A DNA stretch of 64,000 nt from an uncultured Pelagibacteraceae bacterium (lineage in GTDB: Bacteria; Pseudomonadota; Alphaproteobacteria; Pelagibacterales; Pelagibacteraceae). A program made the translations under genes and the position numbers. Of this stretch, positions 49,128-59,247 are shown piece after piece (the first letter of the stretch is position 1; each line of letters begins with the position of its first letter). The stretch covers positions 4,401-68,400 of the forward strand of contig CACGUZ010000004.1 of assembly GCA_902576375.1 (NCBI GenBank), given 5' to 3'. The notes below the pieces were generated by a model. It had not been told where the DNA came from. It saw nothing but the letters and a program-made list of their open reading frames with translations, and ran no database searches.

Positions 49128-49869
49128 TATTTATATTATTTTCAGTGCTTTATTTTTGTTATTGAGTTGTGATCAATCCACAATTAATCAAAGTAAAAAA
49201 ATAGACGTACCGTTCGAAAAAAAATATAAAAATAGTGGATTTTCACTAATCTACAACGATCAATTAAAGATCAAAAAAATTGATCAAAGATCATTAACAA
49301 TATTTCATAAGAATTTAAAAAGAAAATCATCTGTAAAAATTACTAATCCTTTAAATGGAAAATCGCTTATCGCAGAGGTAAAATCAAACAGAGTAAAATT
49401 TTCACCATTTTACAACTCAATTATCACTCAAAGAATTGCTGAGGAGTTAGAACTTGATTTAAACGAACCTTATATAGATATAGTCTTGATTTCAAAAAAT
49501 TCTACATATATCGCCAAAAAGACCAAAACTTTTGAGGAAGAAAAAACAGTTGCAGAGAAGGCACCTATAGATGGTATTAAAATTAGTGATCTAAACTCAT
49601 CTAATAAAACTAAAAAAAAATTAAAGAAAAATAATAAATTTTCTTATTATATTAAAGTAGCTGATTTTTATTATAAAAAATCTGCTAAAAATATGAGTAA
49701 TAGAATTAAAAGTGAAGTTAAATTGAAAAATATTAAAATCATTGAACTTACTAAAACTAATTATAGGTTATTATTGGGACCATTTAATGATATACACTCA
49801 CTCAAGGACTCATTTGAAAAAATGAATTCTTTATATTTTGAAAATCTAGAAATAATTAAAGATGCTTAA
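49117..49869 (+). CDS. rlpA: RlpA-like lipoprotein with a C-terminal SPOR domain
   Basis: Lipobox-like LLLSC, a central DPBB-like region and a C-terminal SPOR-like segment (YYIKVADFYYKKSAKNMSNRIK…YRLLLGPFNDIHSL). Confidence 0.7.
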   Translation: MKFNIYIIFSALFLLLSCDQSTINQSKKIDVPFEKKYKNSGFSLIYNDQLKIKKIDQRSLTIFHKNLKRKSSVKITNPLNGKSLIAEVKSNRVKFSPFYNSIITQRIAEELELDLNEPYIDIVLISKNSTYIAKKTKTFEEEKTVAEKAPIDGIKISDLNSSNKTKKKLKKNNKFSYYIKVADFYYKKSAKNMSNRIKSEVKLKNIKIIELTKTNYRLLLGPFNDIHSLKDSFEKMNSLYFENLEIIKDA

Positions 49870-51013
49870 AAGAATTTTTATCATTATCTTATTATATTTA
49901 TCATTAATTTTTTCTGTTAATGCAAATATTGATATAAAAGCTAGAACAGCAATATTACAAGATTTCTTATCTGGAGAAATTTTATACGAAAAAGATCCAG
50001 ATAGATCAATTTATCCAGCTTCAATGACTAAGATAATGACATCAATAATTGCTTTTGATTTAATAAAATCAGGTGATCTATCTTTAGATGATAAATTTAT
50101 AATTTCTGAAAAAGCTTGGAGATTATCAACCGCAGGTTATTCATCTATGTTTATAATGGTTGGTGATGAAGTTTCTGTAGAGGATTTATTATTAGGTATA
50201 ATCATTGCATCTGGTAATGACGCATGTATAGCACTTGCTGAAGGAATAGCTGGTACTGAGGAAGAATTTGCAATCTTAATGACATCTAAAGCAAAAGAAC
50301 TAGGTATGGAAAATACAAATTTCGCAAACTCATCTGGTATTAATGATCCAGACAATTATTCAACCGTTAGAGATATTTTGATTATGTCTACCTATTTAAT
50401 AAAAGAACATCCAAAATATTATGAGTGGTTTGCAGAAAAAGAATTTACGTGGAATAGAACAGGAGGTGATCCAATTACACAAGGTAACAGAAATCCCCTT
50501 CTTTATAAAAATATTGGCGCTGATGGTATTAAAACAGGTTACCTAGCTGTTGAAAAATATTCGTTAGCGTCTTCAATTAGTAGAAAAGGGAGAAGATTAA
50601 TAGCTGTCGGAAGTGGATTTGAAACCAAAAGTTCAAGATCAAGAGAAAGTTCAAGGTTATTAACTTATGGATTAACAAATTTTGATCTAGTTGAGATAAA
50701 TAAAGCTAATAAACCTATTGATAAAGTAGAGGTGTGGCTTGGTAAACAAAGCTATGTAGATGTGCATATTGATACTGATATTTATAAAACAATCAAAAAA
50801 GCAAAAAAGAGACTATTAAAGATATCCATAAAATATGATGGACCAGTAGAAGCACCAATTAAAAAAAACCAAAAAATTGGAACTTACAGAGTTGTATATG
50901 ACCAGGAATTGATAGGTGAATATGATCTATTAGCATCTAACGATGTTCAAAAAGTAAATATTTTTACTAGATTAATTAAATCATTAAATTATTTAATCTG
51001 GGGTGATGTCTAG
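49862..51013 (+). CDS. D-alanyl-D-alanine carboxypeptidase (PBP5/6 class)
   Basis: SxxK (ASMTKIMT), SxN (ASGND) and KTG (IKTGY) motifs. Confidence 0.9.
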   Translation: MLKRIFIIILLYLSLIFSVNANIDIKARTAILQDFLSGEILYEKDPDRSIYPASMTKIMTSIIAFDLIKSGDLSLDDKFIISEKAWRLSTAGYSSMFIMVGDEVSVEDLLLGIIIASGNDACIALAEGIAGTEEEFAILMTSKAKELGMENTNFANSSGINDPDNYSTVRDILIMSTYLIKEHPKYYEWFAEKEFTWNRTGGDPITQGNRNPLLYKNIGADGIKTGYLAVEKYSLASSISRKGRRLIAVGSGFETKSSRSRESSRLLTYGLTNFDLVEINKANKPIDKVEVWLGKQSYVDVHIDTDIYKTIKKAKKRLLKISIKYDGPVEAPIKKNQKIGTYRVVYDQELIGEYDLLASNDVQKVNIFTRLIKSLNYLIWGDV

Positions 51014-51620
51014 AAAACCTGTTATTGTTTTCGAGGGTATTGAGGGAAGTGGTAAGACTCATCATTTAAATAAAATTTCAAAATATCTAAAAAAAAGAAA
51101 ACTTTCTTTTATCAAGATAAGAGAACCAGGAGGATGTTTAAATTCAGAAAAAATAAGAAAATTGATACTTAATAAAAAATCTAATTTTAATAAAATTACA
51201 GATTTATTGCTTTATTTAGCCTCTAGAAGTGAAAATATCAATCTACTAAGAAAATATTATAAAAAAAGAATTATCCTTATAGATAGATTTGTTGACTCAA
51301 CTATTTCATATCAACATTATGGCATGGGTGTAAATTTAGATTTAATAAATAGTATAAACAAACATATTTTATCAAACTTTAAAGTCTCCTTTACTTTTTT
51401 AAACCTAGTAAGTCATAAAAATATGGTTAAGCGACTTAGATTAAGAAAATCTACTAATAGGTATGATAATTTTAAAAAAAATTTTTACAATAAAGTTCAA
51501 AAAGGTTTTATAAAACTTTCAGATAAGAATAAAAGAAAATATCAAATAATTGACTCTAATTTAGATATTAAGTTGAATGAAAAATTAGTTTTAAAGAAAA
51601 TTGAAAAATTGATAAAATGA
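51006..51620 (+). CDS. tmk: Thymidylate kinase
   Basis: P-loop FEGIEGSGKT and the DRF motif. I prefer the ATG at 51006; a GTG at 51003 is also possible. Confidence 0.88.
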   Translation: MSRKPVIVFEGIEGSGKTHHLNKISKYLKKRKLSFIKIREPGGCLNSEKIRKLILNKKSNFNKITDLLLYLASRSENINLLRKYYKKRIILIDRFVDSTISYQHYGMGVNLDLINSINKHILSNFKVSFTFLNLVSHKNMVKRLRLRKSTNRYDNFKKNFYNKVQKGFIKLSDKNKRKYQIIDSNLDIKLNEKLVLKKIEKLIK

Positions 51621-52546
51621 GCTTAAGTCCAATAAATCAAACTAATTTGTTTTCACTAGATAACTATCTCTTAGAATTTATAGAACTTTATAAGAAAAAA
51701 AAATTACCTACAAAAATTTTACTTAGTGGTGACAAAGGTTTGGGCAAGTCAACTTTAGCATTTCATTTAGTAAACTATATATTGTCCATTAACGAAGAAC
51801 ATCCCTATATTGTTAAAGAATCTAAGATTAATCCCGACAATAAATCTTATAAGCTTGCACTAAATGGATCAAATCCTAACTTATTATTAGTTGATACTTT
51901 AAGTGAAAAAAAAAATATTGATATTAATCAAATTAGAGAATTAATTAATAAGTTGAATAAATCATCTTTTAATAACAAGGAAAGATTTATAATTATAGAT
52001 AATATCGAAACATTAAATATTTCCTCTACTAACGCACTTTTAAAAGTTTTGGAGGAACCACCATCAAATGTTTATTTTATATTGATAAATAATGACAGAT
52101 TTGTTTTACCAACTTTAAAATCCAGATGTATTAATTTTAAAATATCTTTAGATCACAAAACTTCGATCTCGGTTATTAATAAGATTTTAGATGATGATAT
52201 TATGAAATTTATAAATAAAGATTTGATAAACTATTATTTTACACCTGGACAGATATATCATTTAATTGAATTTTTTAAAATTCAGAAACATGATCTTAAG
52301 GATTATGATTTAAAAAGTTTTATTAAACTTGTTATTAAAGATAATTTGTATAAAAAAAATGTCTTAATTAAAAATATAATATTTGAATATTTAGAGTTTT
52401 ATTTTCGAACAAAAGTAAAATTGGCAAAACCAAGAACTTTTGAATATTATGATTATTTTTTAAAAAGAATAAATGATACTAAAAAATTTAATTTAGATGA
52501 AGAGTCTTTATTTATGGAATTTGAATATAAAATTTTAAATGGATAA
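51617..52546 (+). CDS. holB: DNA polymerase III delta-prime subunit
   Basis: SGDKGLGKST and LLKVLEEPP motifs. ATGA overlap with tmk. Confidence 0.82.
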   Translation: MSLSPINQTNLFSLDNYLLEFIELYKKKKLPTKILLSGDKGLGKSTLAFHLVNYILSINEEHPYIVKESKINPDNKSYKLALNGSNPNLLLVDTLSEKKNIDINQIRELINKLNKSSFNNKERFIIIDNIETLNISSTNALLKVLEEPPSNVYFILINNDRFVLPTLKSRCINFKISLDHKTSISVINKILDDDIMKFINKDLINYYFTPGQIYHLIEFFKIQKHDLKDYDLKSFIKLVIKDNLYKKNVLIKNIIFEYLEFYFRTKVKLAKPRTFEYYDYFLKRINDTKKFNLDEESLFMEFEYKILNG

Positions 52547-54080
52547 AAATTTTTATATTACTACTCCAATATACTACCCATCTGGAAGACCTCATATGGG
52601 ACATGCATATTCAAGCATTATAGCTGACTTTTTTGCACGATTTAAATCGATTGATGATTATAATGTTCATTTTTTAACTGGTACGGATGAGCATGGTTTA
52701 AAGATACAAAGATCAGCTGAAAAAGCGGGCAAGGATCCTAAGGAATTCTGTGATCAAATAAGTCAAACATTTAAAGATCTTTCAAAAACATTAAATTTAT
52801 CTAATACAGATTTTATAAGAACTACTGAGTATAGACATAAAAAAACAGTTCAGCATCTCTGGTCTCTTCTTGAAAAAAATGACGACATTTATTTATCAAA
52901 TTATTCTGGGTGGTATTCAGTGTCAGATGAAGCTTTTTACAATGAAGATGAAATAGAAGAAATAGAGGGAAAAAAAATTGCAAAATCATCAAAATCTACC
53001 GTTGAATGGATAGAGGAGGAGTCTTATTTTTTTCGACTCTCTAAATGGCAAAAACCTTTATTAGAATTTTATGAAAATAATCCAGATTTTATATTGCCTG
53101 AGTCTAGAAAAAATGAGGTAATAAGTTTTGTAAAAAGTGGTCTTAAAGATCTTTCTGTAAGCCGTAAAACCTTTAAATGGGGAATTCCAGTTCCTAGTAA
53201 TGATAAACATATTATTTACGTGTGGCTTGACGCATTAACAAATTATTTAAGTGCTTTAAATTATCCAGATACAAATGATGAACTTTTTAAAAAATTTTGG
53301 CCAGCATCTATCCATTTAATTGGTAAAGATATCCTAAGATTTCATGCAGTTTATTGGCCTGCTTTCCTTTTAGCTGCTAAAATTGAGCTACCAAAAAAAG
53401 TTTATGGACATGGTTGGATATTATCCGGTGAAGAAAAAATGTCAAAATCTAAGGGAAACATTTTAGATCCATTAAAGATTATTGAAGAATACGGTTTAGA
53501 CCCTTTAAGATATTATTTAATTAAGGAAGTTTCATTTGGAAACGATGGTAATATTTCTCAAGATAGACTTGAAGATTGTATAAATAGCGATTTAGCAAAT
53601 AATTACGGAAATTTATGTCAAAGAGTTACTGCATTTGCGATGAAAAATTGTGATGGAAAAATTCCTGCAAAAATTGATTTTCAACCAGATGATTTAAAGA
53701 TATTAAATAAATTTCAAGAAAATTTAGATACAATAAGGTCTAAAATAGATAATCAAAATATAAATTTTTACATAGATTTCATTGTTAATTCACTATTTGA
53801 GGCAAACAAATACTTTAATGATCAGGAGCCATGGAAAAAAAAGGATAATTTAATTAGGTTAAATACTATAGTTTATACAACATTAGAAATAGTTAGGAAA
53901 ATTAGCTTTTTACTTTATCCAATTATTCCCGAAACATCATTGAAAGCATTAAAAATTTTTGATTTATCAGAAAAAGATATCAAATTAAAAACTATTTCTA
54001 ATAATGAATTTATTATTAAAGGTAATATGATAAATAGGATAGATATATTAATTAAGAAAATAGAAAAAGAAGATGATTGA
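52539..54080 (+). CDS. metG: Methionine--tRNA ligase (short form without a C-terminal EMAP domain)
   Basis: Class I motifs PHMGHAYS and KMSKSKGN. Confidence 0.93.
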   Translation: MDKNFYITTPIYYPSGRPHMGHAYSSIIADFFARFKSIDDYNVHFLTGTDEHGLKIQRSAEKAGKDPKEFCDQISQTFKDLSKTLNLSNTDFIRTTEYRHKKTVQHLWSLLEKNDDIYLSNYSGWYSVSDEAFYNEDEIEEIEGKKIAKSSKSTVEWIEEESYFFRLSKWQKPLLEFYENNPDFILPESRKNEVISFVKSGLKDLSVSRKTFKWGIPVPSNDKHIIYVWLDALTNYLSALNYPDTNDELFKKFWPASIHLIGKDILRFHAVYWPAFLLAAKIELPKKVYGHGWILSGEEKMSKSKGNILDPLKIIEEYGLDPLRYYLIKEVSFGNDGNISQDRLEDCINSDLANNYGNLCQRVTAFAMKNCDGKIPAKIDFQPDDLKILNKFQENLDTIRSKIDNQNINFYIDFIVNSLFEANKYFNDQEPWKKKDNLIRLNTIVYTTLEIVRKISFLLYPIIPETSLKALKIFDLSEKDIKLKTISNNEFIIKGNMINRIDILIKKIEKEDD

Positions 54081-54834
54081 TTCACATTGCCACCTTGATC
54101 ATGAACCGTTACTTAGTGATCTTTCAAATGTACTCAAAAGATCCAAGGATGTTGGTATTAAAAAGTTATTAACTATATCTACATCTCTTGAGAGTTTTTC
54201 TAGAATTAAAGATATAGTCAATAGAGATGAGATTATATATGGAACAGTAGGCATACATCCACATGAAAGTAGCACTAATATAATAACTAAGAATGAAATA
54301 ATTAAAAGTCTTAAAGAAAACACTAAAATAATTGGAATAGGAGAAACTGGACTAGATTATTACTATAATAACAGTGATAAAGAGAAACAAATAAATAGTT
54401 TTAAAACACATATTGAAGCAGCAATAGAGTGTGACGTTCCTATTATTGTTCATTCAAGAAATGCTGAGGATGATACTTTTAAAATACTTAGTGAATATAA
54501 AGAAGATAATCCTAAAATTTTAATGCATTGTTTTACTGGATCAAAAAAATTTTCAGAAAAACTACTAACATTGAACTCATATTTTTCTGCTAGTGGAATT
54601 ATTACTTTTAAAAACTCAATTGATCTTCAAGAAACTTTTAAATCTTTACCAATAGATAAAATTTTAATAGAGACCGATAGCCCATATTTGGCGCCAGTTC
54701 CAAATAGAGGAAAAAAAAATGAGCCTTCTTTTATTGATTTTACAGCAGAAAAATTAGCACAAATTAAAGATGTATCCAAATCAGACCTTATAGAATTTAC
54801 TTCGAACAACTTTAATAAATTATTCTTTAATTAA
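54073..54834 (+). CDS. TatD-family metal-dependent hydrolase
   Basis: IDSHCHLD, GETGLDYY, HSR and ETDSPYL motifs. Confidence 0.88.
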   Translation: MIDSHCHLDHEPLLSDLSNVLKRSKDVGIKKLLTISTSLESFSRIKDIVNRDEIIYGTVGIHPHESSTNIITKNEIIKSLKENTKIIGIGETGLDYYYNNSDKEKQINSFKTHIEAAIECDVPIIVHSRNAEDDTFKILSEYKEDNPKILMHCFTGSKKFSEKLLTLNSYFSASGIITFKNSIDLQETFKSLPIDKILIETDSPYLAPVPNRGKKNEPSFIDFTAEKLAQIKDVSKSDLIEFTSNNFNKLFFN

Positions 54835-54840
54835 AATATT

Positions 54841-55611
54841 ATGAAATTTATCATTCTAGGATGTGGGAGTTCAATGGGTGTACCAAGACCAGATGGTTTC
54901 TTTGGTAATTGTGATCCAAAAAACAAAAAAAATTATCGTTCAAGATGTTCTGGTTTTATAAAGACCTCTAATGAAAATATTCTTATCGATACATCGCCAG
55001 ATTTAAGACATCAATTACTAAGACACAAAATTAAAAAGATAGATAAAGTTTTATATTCACATATGCATGGAGATCAAACACATGGTATAAATGATTTAAG
55101 GGCATTTTATATAAATTCAAAAAAACAAGTAGATGTATATGCTGATAAAGACACTTCTAATTATTTAAAAAAAACTTTTTCATATATTTTTAAAAGTTAC
55201 TCAAGAGAATATCCAGCAACTTTAAAATTACATATACTAAAAAAAATTTTATCAGTTAAAAATTACAATAAAATTATAAAGATAAGATCAATTAAAGTTG
55301 ATCATGGTAAAGTCAAATCAAATTGTTTTATAATAGATAAAAAAATTGCATATATAAGTGATGTAAGTAAAATTTATAAAAAAGATTACAAATATTTCAA
55401 AAATCTCAAATTTTTGGTAATTGATTGTTTATGGTACAAACCACACCCATCTCATTTCAATTTAGAAGCATCTTTATCAATGATAAAAAAATTTAATCCC
55501 AAGAAAGCAATCTTGACGAACTTATCTCCGGTGTTAGATTATAATGAGCTTAAGAGAGTTTTACCAAACAATGTTATTCCTGCTCATGATGGATTAACAA
55601 TTAACTTATAA
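54841..55611 (+). CDS. MBL-fold metallo-hydrolase (PhnP/GPMC-like)
   Basis: HMHGDQTHG (HxHxDH) motif. This is the conserved position after metG-tatD. Confidence 0.8.
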   Translation: MKFIILGCGSSMGVPRPDGFFGNCDPKNKKNYRSRCSGFIKTSNENILIDTSPDLRHQLLRHKIKKIDKVLYSHMHGDQTHGINDLRAFYINSKKQVDVYADKDTSNYLKKTFSYIFKSYSREYPATLKLHILKKILSVKNYNKIIKIRSIKVDHGKVKSNCFIIDKKIAYISDVSKIYKKDYKYFKNLKFLVIDCLWYKPHPSHFNLEASLSMIKKFNPKKAILTNLSPVLDYNELKRVLPNNVIPAHDGLTINL

Positions 55612-56151
55612 GATTTTTTCAATTATATTTGTTATTTTCTTAGACATTGGATTTGTAAATGATGAAAAGGTATTTTCAATTTTTCCTTGCCGATTAATTA
55701 GAATTTTATAAAAATTCCATTTTGGAATTGCTGATTTTCCATAATTTTCTTTTGCCCACTGATATATTTCATGAGCATTTTCACCTTTTACATCGGTAAT
55801 TGATGTTAATGGAAAATCTATATCAAAATTTACTTCACAAAACTCTTTAATTTCAGAATTTGAATTTTTTTCTTGGTTAAAAGAATTAGATGGAATACCT
55901 AAAACAATTAAACCCTTGGATTTGTATTTCTCCCAAAGTGATTGCAACTCAGCATATTGTTTTGTAAAACCACAATAACTGGCAGTATTTACAATCAAAA
56001 CAACTTTATTTTTATAGTCATTCAAATCAATAATTTCTCCCGAGATACTATCTACCTTAAAGTCAAAAAAAATCTTGTCATAATTTGCAGTTGCTGAATT
56101 TTTAAAAAAAAACATGATTATAGTTAATCCTATGATTGTAATTTTTTTCAT
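55606..56151 (-). CDS. Glutathione peroxidase (Cys type), with signal peptide
   Basis: NTASYCGFT and LGIPSNSFNQE motifs. Confidence 0.88.
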   Translation of the reverse strand: MKKITIIGLTIIMFFFKNSATANYDKIFFDFKVDSISGEIIDLNDYKNKVVLIVNTASYCGFTKQYAELQSLWEKYKSKGLIVLGIPSNSFNQEKNSNSEIKEFCEVNFDIDFPLTSITDVKGENAHEIYQWAKENYGKSAIPKWNFYKILINRQGKIENTFSSFTNPMSKKITNIIEKIL

Positions 56152-56160
56152 TATTATAAA

Positions 56161-57333
56161 TTACTTATTTGGAGTGAGTAATATCAAAAAGTAGCCAAAT
56201 AAAGTCGATAATAATGACCCAGTTAATACTCCGATTTTAACACCATCCATATATTGCATATTGTCAACAAAAGCTAAATTTCCTACAAAAAGACTCATTG
56301 TGAAGCCAATACCAGTTAACACTCCTACACCATAAAAATTATACCAACTTGTATTATTTGGTATTTGAGCAATTTTTGTTTTTATAGCTACATATGAAAA
56401 AACAAATACACCTAATTGTTTACCTAAAAATAACCCCAAGACTATTCCTAATGGTACTTTATCTAGCAAAGAACCAAGAGATAAACCTTCTAATGAAACA
56501 CCAGCATTAGCAAATGCAAATAAGGGCATGATACCAAAAGCAACATAAGGACTTATTGCATGTTCAATTTTGATTAATAAAGAAAAATCTTTTTCTTTTT
56601 TTCGATGAGGTATTGTCATCGCCAACAAAACACCTGCAATTGTTGCATGTATTCCTGAATTATGAGTAAAATCCCAAAGGAAAATACCAATTATTAAATA
56701 AGGTAAGAATTTTTTAATATTAAATTTATTTATTACTAGCAATAATAAAAATGCTAACAACATAAGACTTAAATATTTAATACTCAAGTCTCCTGAATAA
56801 AATAGTGCTATAATTACTATAGCACCCAAATCATCAATAATTGCTAAAGCTGTTAAAAAAACTTTTAATGATAAAGGCACTCTTTTACCTAATAAAGATA
56901 ATACTCCAAGAGAGAAGGCGATATCTGTTGCAGAGGGTATTGCCCATCCATTCATTGTTTCACTATCTCCAAAATTAATAAATACATAAAATAATGCAGG
57001 TACCAGCATTCCACCAACTGCAGCAATTATTGGTAGAAGTGCTTGTTTTATATTTGAAAGTTCACCTTGTAAAAATTCTCTTTTTATTTCTAAAGTGACA
57101 AAAAAAAAGAATATTGCCATTAAAGCATCATTAATCCAATGAAGAACTGATAATTTTAATCCAAAATTATTTATGCCAATGAATAAATATTGATTTAAAG
57201 TTGAAAAATATAATTCTGATAATCCTGAATTACTTATTATTAATGCAATAATTGCTGCGAATAATAAAACTAAACCACTAGCAGCTTCAAGTTTAAAAAA
57301 CCATATAAAGGGTTTCGATAAATAATTAATCAT
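56161..57333 (-). CDS. nhaA: Na+/H+ antiporter NhaA
   Basis: 390 aa, about 12 TM helices. LTALAIIDDLGAI (DD motif) is typical of NhaA. Confidence 0.9.
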   Translation of the reverse strand: MINYLSKPFIWFFKLEAASGLVLLFAAIIALIISNSGLSELYFSTLNQYLFIGINNFGLKLSVLHWINDALMAIFFFFVTLEIKREFLQGELSNIKQALLPIIAAVGGMLVPALFYVFINFGDSETMNGWAIPSATDIAFSLGVLSLLGKRVPLSLKVFLTALAIIDDLGAIVIIALFYSGDLSIKYLSLMLLAFLLLLVINKFNIKKFLPYLIIGIFLWDFTHNSGIHATIAGVLLAMTIPHRKKEKDFSLLIKIEHAISPYVAFGIMPLFAFANAGVSLEGLSLGSLLDKVPLGIVLGLFLGKQLGVFVFSYVAIKTKIAQIPNNTSWYNFYGVGVLTGIGFTMSLFVGNLAFVDNMQYMDGVKIGVLTGSLLSTLFGYFLILLTPNK

Positions 57334-57786
57334 TTAATTCAGATCTTTAGCAAAAAGTATTAAATCTCTCAAGGTTTCAATTAAGTTATATAATACAAGT
57401 TCTAAATTAGGGAAAACATTACTTAATGGATCCTTAAATGTGTCTAATACAATTATGATTGCGACAAAAGTTATTATTGAGACAATTATATAACTTAAAA
57501 ATTTTGCAAATGTAAAATTATATTTTGATTGATATTTTACTAATTCTGATCCTTTTTTGATATTAGTTGAAAAATTTGATGTGGGTTTTCTAATAATCTT
57601 TTCTTTGATGTTAGATTTTTCTTCTGCAACAACTTCATTTATTGATGACTTAACTTCCACATTTTTATTTTTGTTAAAGAACCATGTCTGATTACAAGAA
57701 CCACATTTCAATAATCTACCTTTATCTGGAATCAAGTTTTCATCCACGTCGAAATTTTTTCCACACGATGGACATACAATTATCAT
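57334..57786 (-). CDS. MJ0042-type zinc-ribbon protein with a C-terminal TM helix
   Basis: N-terminal MIIVCPSCGKNF…LLKCGSCNQTWFF followed by one TM helix (YIIVSIITFVAIIIVL). 0-nt junction with nhaA. Confidence 0.7.
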   Translation of the reverse strand: MIIVCPSCGKNFDVDENLIPDKGRLLKCGSCNQTWFFNKNKNVEVKSSINEVVAEEKSNIKEKIIRKPTSNFSTNIKKGSELVKYQSKYNFTFAKFLSYIIVSIITFVAIIIVLDTFKDPLSNVFPNLELVLYNLIETLRDLILFAKDLN

Positions 57787-57842
57787 AAGGTTTATATAAC
57801 AGATTCTGATTAAAAATCCCTTGTTTTACACATCTTTATACA

Positions 57843-57870
57843 TTGAAAAAATAAATAACTACTGTATTAG
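57843..57870 (+). promoter_or_regulatory. Candidate promoter for tRNA-Pro
   Basis: TTGAAA-N16-TATTAG, ending about 9 nt before the tRNA. The -10 element is weak. Confidence 0.25.
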
Positions 57871-57879
57871 TACTTCATT

Positions 57880-57956
<77 letters not shown>

Positions 57957-57962
57957 CCAATT

Positions 57963-58244
57963 ATGAAAAAAGCAAAAATTTACAAACCTAATAAAACAGC
58001 CATGCAATCTGGTTTAGGTAAAATTGATAAGTGGGTTTTAGAATTTAAAACTAAAGACCCTACAAAAAATCCTTTAATGGGATGGGAAAGTTCATCTGAC
58101 ACCTACAGTGAACTTAAATTAGAATTTACTACTAAAGAACTAGCTATTACTTATGCAAAAAAAAACAAAATTGATTTTGAAATAATAGAACCCAAACAAA
58201 GAAAAGTAGTGAAAAAATCTTATGCAGACAATTTTTTAAACTAA
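57963..58244 (+). CDS. NDUFS4-like (ETC complex I 18-kDa subunit family) small protein
   Basis: 93 aa. AKIYKPNKTAMQSG…NPLMGWESSSD motif is typical of ETC_C1_NDUFS4. Confidence 0.8.
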   Translation: MKKAKIYKPNKTAMQSGLGKIDKWVLEFKTKDPTKNPLMGWESSSDTYSELKLEFTTKELAITYAKKNKIDFEIIEPKQRKVVKKSYADNFLN

Positions 58245-58248
58245 TCTT

Positions 58249-59247
58249 ATGTTCAAATTTTTTACAGATAAAAAGTGGCATTTATGGAGTATTGGTGGAA
58301 CAATACTAATTCTTGCTGCTACCTGGTATCAAGTACAATTAGATGTGAGAATTAATGAATGGTTTGGTGAGTTTTATGATACTTTACAAAAAGCATTAGC
58401 TGAGCCAGGTGCTGTTACCGAGAAAGAATTTATTGCTTATCTTTTTACATTCGCAAAAATTGCAGCTGTTTATATCTTAGTAGTTATATTTAGTGATTAT
58501 TTTACTAGTCATTGGACTTTTAGGTGGCGAACAGCTATGGCTGATTTTTATCATGATAAATGGACTTTTGCTTCTTCCATAGAAGGTGCATCTCAAAGAG
58601 TTCAGGAAGATACTCTTAAGTTTGCTAGAATAATGGAAGGCTTAGGTGCAGAACTTTTAAGAAGTGTAATGACATTGATCGCATTCACTCCAATTTTGTG
58701 GGGATTGTCAAAAAGTATTACTGTATTGCCATGGATAGGTGAGGTTAATCATGCCTTAGTTTGGGTAGCTATTATCTCTGCTTTAGGTGGTACATTCATA
58801 CTTGCTGCTGTAGGGATTAAATTACCTGGTATTGAATACGATATTCAAAAAGAAGAAGCAGCATACAGAAAAGAATTAGTTCTCGGCGAAGACTTTAAAG
58901 AAAATGCTCAACCAGTAAGAATTGATACTTTATATGGAGGTGTGAGAAAAATTCATTATAAAATGTATTTTCATTATCTTTATTTTAATGCTGTTAAATG
59001 GAGCTACTTACAAGGAATGGTTATTGTTCCTTATCTTGCGTTAGCACCTACAATTGTAACAGGTGCAATTACCTTGGGTTTTGTTCAACAAATTATAAGA
59101 GCTTTCGGAAGAGTAGAAACATCTCTACAATATTTAGTAAGAAGTTGGCCAATAATTGTTGAGTTAATATCAGTTTGGAAAAGATTAAATGAATTTGAAA
59201 ATAAATTAAAAGTTAACACAGAAAAAATTTCAAGAGAAAAAATTTAG
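58249..59247 (+). CDS. SbmA/BacA-like inner-membrane transporter (TMD only)
   Basis: 332 aa. N-terminal FF…KKWHLWSIGGTILIL…WYQVQLDVRINEWFGEFYD and QRVQEDTLKF are typical of the SbmA_BacA family. Confidence 0.78.
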   Translation: MFKFFTDKKWHLWSIGGTILILAATWYQVQLDVRINEWFGEFYDTLQKALAEPGAVTEKEFIAYLFTFAKIAAVYILVVIFSDYFTSHWTFRWRTAMADFYHDKWTFASSIEGASQRVQEDTLKFARIMEGLGAELLRSVMTLIAFTPILWGLSKSITVLPWIGEVNHALVWVAIISALGGTFILAAVGIKLPGIEYDIQKEEAAYRKELVLGEDFKENAQPVRIDTLYGGVRKIHYKMYFHYLYFNAVKWSYLQGMVIVPYLALAPTIVTGAITLGFVQQIIRAFGRVETSLQYLVRSWPIIVELISVWKRLNEFENKLKVNTEKISREKI

